A stretch of 64,000 nucleotides of DNA from Podarcis vaucheri (Eukaryota), in assembly GCA_965113315.1 (NCBI GenBank), contig OZ220374.1. One strand, given 5' to 3'. The position numbers were made by a program, and so were the translations under genes. Below are positions 26,701 to 40,340 of this stretch, piece after piece (positions within the stretch are counted from its first letter, which is position 1; every line of letters begins with the position of its first letter). Under the pieces are notes generated by a model, which was not told the origin of the DNA, did no database searches, and saw only the letters and a program-made list of their open reading frames with translations.

Positions 26701-28566
26701 AATTTAATGATCATGCATAGTTCATTAATGTCTAAGTGGAAGGGATAAAATAATCAGTGTAAAATCATGATGATTTAGTTGATGACTGATCACCAGAAAA
26801 GCTTATTTTAAAAAATCGATTCTCAATGCCATCTGAAAGAGACAGCCCTAATTTAGCATAACATTATCCTACCCTTTTCTGCACCTGCTTACCCTCTAAA
26901 GAGTAATGGAAAACTGCAACTTATCAACTACATTAAATGCCAAATAATCCTGTTTAGTATATCCACTGTAATTAATGGAAAAACCCAGCCATGCGCCACA
27001 GACATCACACCTTCTGAGACAAAAGCAGACATTTCAAAGATGTGTAAATGGATAAAATTATAAAGAAATCATATAGAATCATGAATATTTCCAGAATGGA
27101 TCCTAGATTTCTGCTCAATCCTGTTCACTGATGTAGGTCTGAAAAAGTGTGCTGCCAATGTAAGAATTTCACCTGCATGCATTCAAACTGATCTGATTTT
27201 AAAAGTCTATTAATAAACACAGGTTAAACTGCATGTGTTACACCAGTATAGAATAACATTTGTTTATTTTACTGTCTACACATGCACTGTAAGACACACA
27301 CACAGTATATAGCATACCTAGTATATAGCATATTAAATATTCTCCAATTTTTTTTTATGCAGGACAATTACTTTCTTCTTTCTTCTGTGGCTCCCAAAAT
27401 ATGAAGAGCAATACATATTGTGCTGCTATGTGTCAATCATCTTGGCAGTGTTATGCATGAATATACCTTAGGGAGATTTCAGGAAGGAAAACATACACAT
27501 TCTAAACAAAGGGGGCGAGGGTAACTCTTGATACAATAAAACAAGCAGGTATATTAGTAAACCCTCCATTAATGCATTAATTTGAATTGCAGGATACATT
27601 GAAAAACTGCTGCTCAGAAAGATTATACTCCACATGTATTTACAGAGGCATATTAAAATACTTCTTTTTGTTTAAATGAAAATGATGTATAATAAATGTT
27701 AATGAATTACTCGCTTGTTCTGAACACTCATTGCTTTTGGGTAATTTCCCCTCATTGCTTTTGGGTAATTTCAAGCATAATTACTTATGCCTATAAAAAT
27801 ATAAATATTTATAAGATGGCAAATACCCTAAGGCTTTCACTCTGGTTGTTAATTTCCAAATTGGTCATTAACTTATCCATTTTTCAAGAACAGATATTAC
27901 TTAGGCAACGTAGTTAAAGGATAATGTTCATGACAGAGAAACATGTGGGACTTTAGAATTTTGATAACATTCACCAAATAAAGAAGCTTTTTATGTAAAA
28001 TTTCACAACTTCATTGCAATTTCCCTATTATCCTAGAAACAGAAAAAGTTTTATGAATAAATATTGACATGAACTATCTAGCCAATTCTTAGCTGCAGCA
28101 CAGATATATAGATCAATATTAGGAAGCAATATATTTATATCTATGTCTTTATATCTATCTCAATAGATATAGATATATAGATATATGGATATGCATTAGG
28201 AAGTAAGGTTCTAACAGCCCTCAAGAGTTTCACAGGGATACCATTCCTAAGTCAAGGGGAAAGCTGAAATTCCCTCAAATGGATTCTGTGCTGGTTGAAA
28301 TGCTGCTTCTGCTTTTCTTGACCAAGAAGTTGAAAGTCTTACCTTTCAAAAAAAAAAAATTATAAATTCCAAAACTGAGCTCTTTAATTGTAGCCACTCA
28401 TGAATGCACGTTCTACCTTCCAACATGGAACTAGCATTTGGAACACTTTTACAAAGATGTCTTAATCTTTTCTTATGATGTAATTGTGCTTTTGGTTTTG
28501 AAAGGAAATGCCCAAAGAATGGTTAAAAAAAAACTAGTAAAAATATTATCTACATATACACACACT

Positions 28567-28778
28567 GGCCTAGTTTAGAGGTAACAGGAAACCACAGTCT
28601 CACCTCTTTTAATCTTAGGACAGAAGGGTATTAGAAGCTTTTCCCAACTGCAGACCATGAAGAGAACTGATTAAGAATGGAAGCAGATGCTTCTCAGGTG
28701 TGTGAAAGAGGAGAGGGGCTTGCTGTCGCTTATTCACATAGCAGGAAACATGCTTTCCCATTACGTCTCAACTAGGCC
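28567..28778. mobile_element. Old MITE with GG-initiated TIRs (possibly PIF/Harbinger-like)
   Basis: GGCCTAGTTTAGAGGTAACAGGAA versus rc of the right end GGCCTAGTTGAGACGTAATGGGAA (20/24 match). Confidence 0.5.
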
Positions 28779-29679
28779 CAGATATTTCATTATTATACAC
28801 CTATTATTATACAATTTATGTTATGGTTTTGTGGTTATTAAAAATGAACACCAAGAAAACTAGCACAATTTTTTAAGCTACAGTATTTTTAAATGCTTAT
28901 TATTATTATTATTATATATATTAGACTGATATACAAAGAGCAAACAACTCAGAATCATTTCAGTTATTACAGCAGACATGTGATGAAAGGCAGTTATGTC
29001 AGAAGGAAATTTCACCTGCAATAATTTTTCTGCAAGTAAACCCTAGAGGAATTCATTACTTTCAGATGGAAAAAGAGAAATAAAAATGGATTCCTAATTA
29101 GAACAGAGGTTTCCCCGAGACACTAAGGAAGTTTATGTTTCTGTGTATTCAGCGTTCTTACTACACAAAGCCAAAAGAAAAAAACCACGTTGTTTATTTT
29201 TACACAAAAATAAATAGACATGGTTAGACAAATCTTCAAAGTAGCCAAACTAGAAGTGAAAATGTGTTGCTTGAATACACTAAAAGTATCAGTATACATT
29301 TCTAGTGCCTCTTCTGAAGGTCTATGAAAAACAACAACTTGAGGCCTTTAACAAGGAATGCACAATGTTTATTTTAAAACATTTATTGTTACCTCCCCTG
29401 GGTGGTACAATGACAAACAAGGAACAAAATAAAGTAAAATAGGCAAGATCTTGTGAGTCCACATCAACACTTATTTCTTAGGGAATGCACACTTTCTTTG
29501 GTAGAATGTCTTAGTTGTATTGAGAAATGCCAGAGAGCTGAAAACTCTTGTGTAAGCATCTGACACTCACAGTTGTCCTTCAAGTGCACGTACACATTTT
29601 AAAACTTGATTATCCAGTTTAAGATATCCATGTTAACACTTCCATGTTAGGTTTTGCAGAGCAAGTCGTCTTGGTGATC

Positions 29680-29998
29680 TGGAGCCCAGAAGGGAGCTTT
29701 CTTCTGTACTGGCCCTGCAGCTTTGGGGGAAAACTCCCCTCTGAGGTGTGTCACGCTGTTTACATTTCATGACAAGCAAAGATGCACCTTTTGGTCCAAG
29801 CTTTCAGAGAGGAATGTAATGCATTGTGATACCCTATTTTTGCTTTTGTGGTGTTATTTATTCTTAATTATATGAACCTGATTGATTGATTTTGTTTTAC
29901 AAGTTTTATTGTTTATTGTGATTGTAGTGTTACTGTTCATCACCCTGGGTCTCTTCAGCGAAAGGCAGAGTACAAATTTCTCAAATAAAATAAATAAA
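29680..29998 (+). mobile_element. L2-like LINE 3' end with (AAAT)n tail
   Basis: T-rich 3' UTR, CACCCTGGG...GAAAGGCAG end motif and an AATAAAATAAATAAA tail. Confidence 0.5.
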
Positions 29999-30708
29999 TG
30001 CAACATTCAGGGATATAAGCTGGAGCAGGATCACAGATTTCTGCAGAATAATGCTGAATGTTCTCACAAGGGTTATATTCCAGTGTTAATGTTTCCACAT
30101 GCACGAACTCACTTGATTGCCTCCAGAAATCCCACAAGTATTGTGTTGCAGAACCAGAAATTAATCCTGGGGCATTACAACACACACACACACACACACT
30201 TTCTTTTTATTTAAATTTGAATACATCTATATAATGCAATCAATCTGTTAGGACCACAGCTTTTTCTCATTCTTACAAAACGTACATGGACCCTAACATA
30301 GAGAAATAAATCACAATCCTAAATTTAACAATTTGAAGTATATATTCTATGATACAGTGTGTTTATGATTATTTCACTGATGAAAATAATCAAAAAGCAA
30401 AGCCGCTGAACAAATATTACCTGGGTGGTCTCTAAGACGACTGACTAACTGGATTCTACTTTACGCTGAAATAATTTGGCTGATTTCCCAGTAGGTAGCC
30501 AGATCAAGTTTCCAGCTCATATCCAAATAACAAAAACTAACCTCAGCTGTGCCTGCTAACATCCAGCTTACAAGAAGCAGTGAAAGCAATATTTTTAAAG
30601 GGCCAGTTTACTTTCTTCAATCACGAGTCTGCTTGCATTATCACTGTATCATTTCTTACCACACACAATCCTAATATAATAATGCTTATTTGGAAAGTGG
30701 TATCCTAC

Positions 30709-30771
30709 CTTCACATTGTCTGGATGAAGTCCTCCAGGATGTTTGTCCATGTACTGACATAAATCTGTGTG
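30709..30771 (-). CDS. CDK14: CDK14 coding exon (63 nt, phase 0/0): HTDLCQYMDKHPGGLHPDNVK
   Basis: The translation matches the CDK14 post-hinge segment. Acceptor cttttcaag|CAC, donor AAG|gtagga. Confidence 0.97.
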
Positions 30772-30954
30772 CTTGAAAAGAGAAATCCAAGAAAAGGAAG
30801 AAGGAGGGATTAATTACTACTATTGCTACAGAAATGTAACAAATTTTCTATTCAAAACCCACTATTTCCACCAGATGCAGCAAATAAGGGGAATACATGC
30901 TATGCTAACAAGTTTTATATTGCATATAAAACTCTAAAATGCATCTCATTTTCT

Positions 30955-31228
30955 AGCTGGAAACCACAGGAGGGGAGAGCGCTCTTGTGCTCAGGTTCTG
31001 CTTGAGGGTTTCCCACAGGCATCCAGGTGGCCACTGTGTGAACAGGATGCTGGACTAGATAGGCTAGATAGGTCTGCTCCAGTGTTGAAAGTCAATTACA
31101 GTTACAGCAGACTAGAAGCATCCCAAATGGTTCAAGGCCCCCATGGGGCAAAAGATTCCTGCAGTGAAGGGGGACGGACAAGATGATCCTTGTGGCCCCT
31201 TCCAACTCTACCATTATATTATTCTATG
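30955..31228 (+). mobile_element. Two CR1-type LINE 3'-end fragments
   Basis: ACAGGATGCTGGACTAGAT and GGAC.AGATGATCCTTG.GGCCCCTTCCAACTCTA...ATTCTATG are CR1 3' terminal motifs. Confidence 0.6.
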
Positions 31229-34200
31229 TACATACTCATCACTATATTATTGTAATATTACTTTTTCATTCACTGCAGTCTCTATTAAAACAATGTTGTA
31301 GTTATAAAAACCTATATTTCTTTTTTACATTTCTAAATGCACTGCAATGAAATGTGTGTTCCCACAGGAGGTCAAAATCACATATTTCTCTGTAGTCTTA
31401 GATGTCACACATTCCTGTCTGCAGTAGAAATTGTTCATACATTAAAACCATAAAAGGAAAGATATGCCTATAGTAGTTGGAATGCAGAATGAAATTTGCA
31501 AACCTACATTCTACTAGAAAAATATATATGCTATTAAGGCCAGCATAAGAAGCTCTACTTAATGTTAAATATAAATGAAGTTGCTTCCAAAGAGAAATGA
31601 TTTAACAACTGCCATTATAGAGAAACCTATGTCATTCATAGAAATTCTGTGTAAGTTGTGCAATAGTGCCTAAACACTGAAAGGAAGTTTAGTACCTTCA
31701 TCTGCTCGTTCAATAAAAACCAAGTTAATTATTCTACATCTATCACCATGCCGCCCAACATGTTTGGGTTTCAGTTTCATTGGTAAAAAGAAAACACAAT
31801 CAATATTTTGAATGTTTTGTTTCCTTTACAAAGCCGCCCAATACATTTTCCTGGTTCGTATCATTTGTTTGCTGATATTACTGACTAGAGGCTCCTTCCC
31901 TGTTTGTCCGCTCACCCACCCCTTTGCCAACTGCCCTTCCCCTACACTTTTATACCTCACTCACACCCTCGCCTATCACCCACAGCTTATCTTTATCAGC
32001 TTGCTTCATAACCCATACTTCCCAGAATAACAAGGAGCCACTTGGGCTCTACAATGCTAGAGAGAATGTTTGGGAGTGATTGTGTCAACAGCCCATTTCA
32101 TCACACCATTCCATAGTGAAACTAGGGCTTCAACAGTTTTCTGTACTGGAAAATGCCCCAGGACATTTAGGAAGCCATTGGGTTCCACCAGTCTCCAAGG
32201 GTGGGCAATTCAAACAGGTCCTCCACCCTTGGGGGGGTGTCAATAATTATTGTCACCAATCCAAACTTTACCAGATAATGGTCCAAGTATGACAAGGAAA
32301 TACATATTATAATGCAGCATAACTATTGTCTTAAGAGCTTCCTCGCCCTTGTAAACTATAGCAAATTAAGTGGAGCAGGATTTGTTTTGTTTTGTCAATG
32401 GAGATGGATGTAGAGGTGATATAGAGGTGCCATAGATTCTCTGCTTTTCATAGTAGCCACACGTTCTCCACACGTTCCAGCCCCTAAAAGTTCATGGGGA
32501 TGAAGAGTTTGAAACCCGTTTTCTAAAGTTCCCTTTAGATAACACTATATCGCTATACTGAAAATGCTTATTTATAATTAATTTATTTATTAATGCATAT
32601 AGCATTCAGTATAGGTTCAACAGTTGCAATAAAAAACAAACATGTCTATCTTTAGAAAGAGGGGCAGGGGAGAGGGAGAGATATTTGGATATATAGATAG
32701 GTAGATTTCATTACTTCAGGGACAAATCTCACAAAAGGAGTTCATACCCAGCCTCCTCCTTACTCAGTAATCATTCACTATTAATTAGCCACTTATATTT
32801 TCAATGAAATGTTCTTCACTCCTCCTCTCTTTCGCAGCAATGATAAATCTACATGTGACTTAGCTGTCCCATAGTTGTACCTAATTGGTTTCAGCTGTCA
32901 TTTCTGAAGCTGAAATGCATGGACAGCCTGGGGCCTGTGAATGAACAGGAAGCATTTCCAACCACATTCCCATCATGTCAAACCAGCAATGTGAAAGAGC
33001 TCTTCCATTAAAACAAAAACTGTACTATTTAGCTTCTGGCAATGACATCATGCAGCAGACAGAATGTATTGTTTCACTGAGGCAGCAAGACTGTTGCAAG
33101 CCATTCTTTTCTGCTAAAGAGATTGCACACATTAGTTACGCTCCGGAGGTTCTTCTGACAAGAATAGTTTCCCTATTGTCACTAAGAAATTCTTAAGCAG
33201 ACAATACAATGCAAAGAACAATAAAAGATATAGCTGAAGTAACATATTTGCAACAATTGCATGCAACCATACTCTACAAAGAAGTTACTCTAAGTAGAAA
33301 TATAACAAGACAGAATCCCACATTTTTAGGATTATTTGTTGTCATTCTCATTTATGAAATAAATTGCAATTTAAAGTCATAATTAAAATTAACATAAAAT
33401 ATTAAAGTAACCAATTATGGTATTTTAAATTAACCAGTAACATTTTGGCATAATCCTTGCACGGATTGAAATTTTGGCTCAGCCCTGATGTGATATGGCT
33501 TCATCATAGTATTAAAATGATCACTCAGTAAACACTTAGATTTAGATTTTATTCACTAGAAATAACCATCCATATTATTGTATTTATACAATTAGTTCAT
33601 TCTTATAATGCTAAATTATAATTTAGCATCATGTATAAACCTGTCCAAAGTTCACAAGTATGTCAGTGTGAAAGTCCCTTGCATTCTTTGTTCTACTAAA
33701 TATGTTAATTCCACAGTTTTTTTTAAGCCTTCCATTCTTACCCTTAAAATTGTCATTCATAACCATCATTTTCTCGCTTTTTAAAGATTGTTTTCTTGTT
33801 ATTCTGTTTTATCTATTACTTTTATGTACTTGGAAATGTACACATTTGAAAGACACAATAGTTATAGAAACTTATAGTAAATTTGTTTAACAAGTCAAGT
33901 CTTTCTGAATTCAAGGGTGCTTATTCTCCTCAAAATGTGCATGTGATTGAAGTCTTAGTCAATATTCATGCATTTTGGTACTGACCTTTCCACTCTTTTA
34001 CAAGAACATCAGTGTTATCTACTTGTACCATTTATATGAACGCAAAACATGAAACATTTTAAAGCTTTTAAAATAATTCTAGCTAATGAAGTTTGCCTTT
34101 AAATTACAGAAGCAAGGAACACAAAATGCTAAGTTATTTGTTATAGTTGCATTTCACCTTTCTTTCATCACCTCAGCTCAAGGCAGTTTCCCATTCAGGC

Positions 34201-35164
34201 ACTGACCATAGCGAGTCCTGCTTTTTTAGAGTCATGCACAATAAGACCCTAAGAAAGTTAGCAATTTGTTAATGTGGAGCACTACTGAGAAGACAGCAGG
34301 TTGTCCTCAGAAACGGTTATAGCAAGGTTTAGAGGACTGAATGTCAACACTGCTCTTTGAACATCCTTTCTTTGGGAATGTAACCTCTATCCTAGGAAGC
34401 TTTGATTGGCCCTATCAGCTTCCTTGCTGCCCTTAATCATGACCGACCACATAATTCTCTGAAAATGAAGGATAATTCCTAGAATTTTTGCTACCCCTCC
34501 ATACAGAAGATGAACAGAAATGTTGTTTTAACTCAGGAAGCCAAGAGTAATGGGTGGGAAGGGGGAGATAAAATGTTTTATCTCTGATGTTCTCTAGTCT
34601 GTATTTTATAATGGAATGGGTTAGACAGCCAGAGAAAGAATGAAAGGCCTTGGCCTGTAAGGTTTCCCATAATGATGACAGATTTCTGTCTCAAATTTTC
34701 ATGTTTCAGGGGCACAAGGATATCCCCTTTCCCAACAAATAGCCCCAAAACAGAATTAAGTTCAAGAAGAGACAATTATTCTCTTATCTGAATCTTTGCC
34801 ATTATATGGACAATAAGAGAATGGCATTCTCATCCATCAAATGATGACACTGATAAATGAATGAACATTGAGCCATCTGTTTGCATTATGATACTTCTAC
34901 CCAGATCCTTTTAACTATATATAGCCAAAATATCACATAAAACATTTGCACATAGAACTGCAGCAGCATCCAGTGTGGGGCAAGACCATCTTGCTATGTT
35001 GCCTGTTAGTTTCAGTCCCACTAGAATAGGATATTAAATCAAGTGACAGAGCCATTAAGGGCATGTCTGACTTTGTGCTGACCAAAATGCCTAAACTATT
35101 CCATGCAGAAAAGTGACACCAAAGTTTGCCATTCCATTCCTTCTATATCCCCCACTTCATATAT

Positions 35165-35274
35165 TTCTATGATTCTATGCTGAGGTTGGATGGCCATCTG
35201 TTATGGATGCTTTACTTGAGATTTCTGCATTGCAGGAGGTTGAACTAGATGACCCTCTACAATTCTATGATTCT
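35165..35274 (+). mobile_element. CR1 LINE 3' end
   Basis: CTGCATTGCAGGAGGTTGAACTAGATGACCCT...ATTCTATGATTCT, the CR1 octamer tail. Confidence 0.75.
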
Positions 35275-35901
35275 TATACATGTATAGTACAACTATGCCA
35301 CAACTGGTGCGAAAATTATTCTTTGTATAACTGCATTGGCTCATATTGCTGAAAGTCCCTGGGTTGATTCCAAAACTAACACACTATAAGTTGTGCTAAC
35401 TCCATCCTCAGATTGTCCTATAGTAACACTGCACACAGAACTAGTCTACTTATCTCATTTAGAATGAGACTCCTGTTTCTCTTTCAGGTCCTTCCTCTTC
35501 CGATCTTATGAAAAATGCTTGCCTCCTGGTAACAGCTTTTTAACAAACTAGTTTTTCAAGCCGAAAGTGCCAGATCGCTTCTTCATTCTTATCATCTAAA
35601 ATGGGAGGGTGGGGAATTCCATATTTATCATCTTACTTTGATGCCTTTCTACCTCGCCCGTGGGTCGATATTGAAGCTCAAAATATCACTACATCATCCC
35701 TGCTTACATTGCCTTATGCTACCAATTTTGAAAAACTTGTCAAATCTTTTTACAAGGTATACTTCTGAGGTATAAAAAAGGGATATAAAAAAACTTGTTT
35801 CTGTACTCTCCCCTCTAAGCCCACTTCCTTATTTTTCTCAATTGTCCCACTTACATATTAGCCAGTTCTGCTGCAATGGACAGCCCTAGGCCTAATCCCT
35901 G

Positions 35902-36483
35902 CAGAGGTGTACCTAGGTTTCCTTGCACCCTTGGCAAGGAGATGTATCAGCACCTCCAAAGCCAGGAGAGACCAGAAACTTGCTTTTTGTTGCCTTTCAC
36001 ACTCTGCCAGTGACTTCCACCATGGCCACTGGAAGCCCTCATTCTCTTTCTCCTCTGTCAATCCGTCTGTCTGCCTGCCTGCCTTCTTCCCTCCCTCCAC
36101 TCACTGCTTTCCCTTCTGCCTCCTTCCTCCCCTTCCTTCCTTTTTCCTCCTCTTGCAACTTTTACCCACTCTCTCAGTCTTTCTTCCCTCTGAGCCCAAC
36201 TGGTGGGTGGAGAACTCACACTTCTAATAGTGCCGCTGGCAGACTGGGGAGGGGCCCCTGCAGGCTTCTGTCATGGCCCATGCCAGCAACTGGATTCGTC
36301 TGCTGAGGAACCCAGAGGAGCCGGCGTGCCTCAATCTCCACTGTGTGGAGGAGTGGTCTGGGGCATGTGCAGACGGGCTAATAGCCACTCAGAATGGAGA
36401 GGTGTGATTTTTGCCCGCACACACACCCACCCACACACACCCACACACCCCTGGGTCAACCTTTCAAACTGGGTATGTGCCTG
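35902..36483. mobile_element. Possible old hAT-like non-autonomous element with a pyrimidine-rich interior
   Basis: Ends CAGAGGTGTACCTAG / rc CAGGCACATACCCAG are compatible with CpG-decayed TIRs. TSD only partial. Accounts for the cluster of spurious ORFs here. Confidence 0.35.
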
Positions 36484-36764
36484 ACTCCTGCCAGTAATAT
36501 TTCTGATGGAAGGCAAGTAATTTCTAGAGAGAACTAATTCTGTAAGGGCTACAATATAATGGGGTAGTAAATTTATTTTCTTGCAAATCTAAAACTTGCT
36601 CTACATTGCTTTCTCTTTTGGTAAAACTGTGTATCTGAAGGAACGTTTCTACCCTAAATGTTCAGTCCAGACACTGAAATCCAGCTCTGAGATCATTCTC
36701 ATTAGTCACGCCCGCCCTGTGGACCGTACTTCCATCAGATGTCAAGGAAATAAACAACTATCTG

Positions 36765-36905
36765 ACTTTTAGAAGACATCTGAAGACAGCCCTATATAGG
36801 GAAGTTTTTAATATTTGATGTTTTACTGTGGTTTTATAATTTGTTGGAAGCTGCCCATAGTGGCTGTGGCAACCCAGTCAGGTGAGTCACATAAAAACAA
36901 TAAAA
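36765..36905 (+). mobile_element. L2-like LINE 3' end
   Basis: AGACATCTGAAG.CAGCCCT.TATAGGGAAGTTTTTAAT...GGAAGCTGCCCA.AGTGGCTG.GGCAACCCAGTCAG end motif. Confidence 0.55.
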
Positions 36906-38494
36906 TCATCCTCATGTTACAGTGGAGTAACATCCAGTCACTAACAGATAATTTGAGCTGATTATTTCAAATTTTCCAAGTTTATTATTAAATCCATGAA
37001 ATCTCTAATATAGGATTTCAACTGGACCACAAAAGGAGCCAAAAAGAATCTTCCATTCTTAGAAAGTGGTTCTAAAATTGAATTACATCCTGAAACTACA
37101 GATCTCCTGTGCAGCAGGTATTAAGAAGTATATAGAACGGTACAGTGTAGGGGGTCCTTGTTCTACAGAGAATCGTGTTCTCTCTGAATTAAATAACCTA
37201 AAGCAAAACCTTCTTCCAACAGAAATCTAATTTCTCATTGTATATTGTGAACTGTAATATTTGTATCCTTATCGCTGCTTTTTCATAATCCAAAATGCCA
37301 GCACAATGGCCCCAACTTTGTCTGTTTAGTAGCAACTGTATACTTTGCCAAATTATCTAAGGACTGCCTCTCCAAATGATTCAAAGCAACACACTGTTTT
37401 TGTGTGTCTTCTAAGACTTAATCTTAAGACACAGCTGTTTGAAAACAGGATAGGTTGAAAGATAAATATGGTTTCAGTTGTTGGTATAGTACAATGAAAG
37501 AAGAGATGGTACCACAAAATACTGAACTTCTATATATCTAACTAAGTAAACAACCTTCGTAACTTGTATATACAAGTATTTATTACATTTTCAAAATATT
37601 AATCCATGAGAACTTAAAAATGTTTAAACATTCATACTTTTATTTGACAGGTGTATTTTTTCTAAACTTGCTTTTGGAATGCTTCATGGTGTTAACATAT
37701 TGTTTTATGAAGCGTTTATATCATATTCAGTTTTGTAATTATATATATTTTTAAATTGTAGCTTTCCCTGATAAAGGACCAGAGTGGTCCAAAATGCTTT
37801 GTACAATAAATAATTTCCTTTATTTCTACTCCATCCTTTTTATTGTTTTTCTAGTATTTGTGGCCTTTCTTACAAGGCTAGTTTACAAAAACTATAATTT
37901 GTCTTGTCCAGGTCCAACAGCAAACTGTGATTTGTCATAAAATCAGAAGTCAGTGACAGCACAAGAGAATGGGGGATGGGTAACATTTAAACCCAAAAGT
38001 AACTCATAATGCCAACATGCAAACTAGCCCATTGTCTTCAGTGAGATTTAAGTAGATCCTCTTTGTTCAGGATCCTGGCGAAAACATTTTAAGTACTATA
38101 ACTCAAAAGAGTTTTACAGAGGATGGGGAGATATATTTAAGGTTTTTTGTTTCCTCGCGTAAGTTATATCAGCTTGTAGGGAAATTTTACATTAGTTTTT
38201 TATTTGTCACTACAGTTTTCCAGCTAAAGGATAGTTTAGGGAGGCCAAAAATCAGGGAAGATAAATCAGTAAGGGAGAAAAAGAGGCATCAATTTTCCCT
38301 GGTATAGCTCAACTTGTCTCCCTTTGATTTGAGGCAGAAAGGCCATATGCAAAGGGATGTTGCAGCCATGAACATGTCTTTGCTACAGGAAATGCTTTTT
38401 TGAATGCTCCTGTCTCAGAGAAATGTTGCCTCTTCATCCTTCTGCCTACCCAGGGCTTCCAGTGTATGTACTTTTCTAGAGAAAATGAATGCTC

Positions 38495-38743
38495 AGCCAG
38501 TGTGGTGTAGTGGTTAAGAGCAATAGACTCGTAATCTGGGGAACTGGGTTCGCATCCTCGCTCCTCCACATGCAGCTGCTGGGTGACCTTGGGCCAGTCA
38601 CACTTCTCTGAAGTCTCTCAGCCCCACTCACCTCACAGAGTGTTTGTTGTGGGGGAGGAAGGGAAAGGAGAATGTTAGCCGCTTTGAGACTCCTTCGGGT
38701 AGTGATAAAGCGGGATATCAAATCCAAACTCTCTTCTTCTTCT
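38495..38743 (+). mobile_element. Near full-length tRNA-derived SINE (Squam3, lacertid type) with (CTT)n tail
   Basis: A-box TGGTGTAGTGG, B-box-like GGTTCGCATCC, CORE-like body and CTT tail. Nearly identical to the copy at 44233-44488. Confidence 0.9.
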
Positions 38744-40245
38744 AACAGCAAAACATGAGCAAAGGATGGAAGCCAGCAAGAGGCATTTGCATTGCACCAA
38801 TGGATAATTCTGCAATTATTATTACTTTTTGGCTGTCCAAAATACAGTGACATAAGGAAAGACATTTTATTCATTTAAAACTTATGCAAAATGTGTTTAC
38901 TGTTACATAAGATTAAAAGCTATGACTTGTCATTGGTTACTCAGTTTGAAATTAAATAACAGTAAAATTCCCATTTATTTATACATTAGACAAAAGCATT
39001 TAGCTATGTCAATGTCTCCAGTGTCATTCTTGCAACTGTTCTGCACCAGTTGTTTTACAGAGAAATAACCGTAGTATTAAAATGTATCATTTATATGTAA
39101 ATAGGCAAGGTAAATGGACTTTTCATAACATACTATCTAAAAACCAACCCTATTTGAGATTCATTTGCTTCTTATAATATCCTGAACTCAATTTGTAGAA
39201 ATTTGGGGTTAATTGTGACTGTACATTCTACAATACACCAGTTAAATGCTGAAGTGGTTCTACACAAATACCATATGTTTGTCTTAGGAAAACGCAGAAT
39301 GATTAATTAGGAGTTCAGATCCAAGACTTCACACAGCAATTTTCCACACAAAATTAGATCATTACATTGTGCAAATTGAAGTTTTAATTAATAGCTGAAA
39401 TGAAAGTTAGAGAGTATATGCTATGAAGTATAAATTACATTCCTCAGACTTTTTCTGACACTGCTTATTAAAATACAAACTGCCAGGTGAAACAAAAGTC
39501 ACTTGGGGAGAATTTAATCCTGTATATTGCTTCCCTCCCACCCCCTTTTAAGTCTTACAATAGCCATGAGCCCGATAAGCTCAAATAAAAATGGTCTATA
39601 ATCATTTGGCAAGCTAACACTTATCAAAAATTACTGAAGAATGCATAACATTACAATAATGTCTGCTACTGGCAATACTTCTGTAACAGTTTACTTAAAA
39701 TATTTACATCCTGTCTTTTCGCTTCTCATGGGCCCTAACACAATTCATAACATACACTGAAGCGATATTCATGTATGCAATGTTTGCAGACAATCAAAAG
39801 CAATAGCTAGTATCATTTTCAAGACAAGCCTGGCAAATCTGGAACTATACTTGATGATCTGATAAAGTTAGTAAGTCTGAACTTTGTTATTTTAAGTCAT
39901 ATGCAACTACTCATTTTATGCGCCTATTTTATAGTTTTGTTTTCCATCTTTGAATTTTTGTCCATTTTATAATTTCTGTCTGTTTTATCCAATTGAACTG
40001 AAAATTAGATCTTAAAAAGGTCTGGTCCACATCCTAGCTGACCAAACTTAATGATGGACTGGGAGCAAGATTTAGACAGGCTCACAGGTTTTCAGACTCA
40101 ACGCACTAGATTACATTCTAGTCTCTCTCAATGGGCAGCAAGGGACTATTATTTAAATAATCTGAGTATTTTTTTAACTAAATCGCACCCATTTTGCTTT
40201 TTGAGGCCCTGGTTTAGATCACAGTACATAAAAATGTTAACTTAC

Positions 40246-40340
40246 CACAAACTCAAATACCAGTGTCAATGTCTCCTTTGTGTGAATAATATCATGAAGC
40301 AGCACAATATTAGAATGTTTTAGGCCCTTCAAAAGAGAAG
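40246..40340 (-). CDS. CDK14: CDK14 coding exon (95 nt, phase 1/0): (A)[31 protein letters not shown]
   Basis: Manual translation continues PFTAIRE|ASLLKGLKH. Acceptor ttctttcag|CT, donor GTG|gtaagt. Absent from the ORF track. Confidence 0.97.

Noticed and set aside
35858-36516. Cluster of five overlapping ORFs
   Set aside because: Low-complexity pyrimidine-rich sequence in a probable old transposon. No splice or homology support.
38495-38570. tRNA-like A and B boxes
   Set aside because: SINE head. It does not form a complete cloverleaf tRNA gene.
38309-38874. ORFs similar to those at 44253-44845, suggesting a duplicated gene
   Set aside because: Both are translations of the same SINE family.
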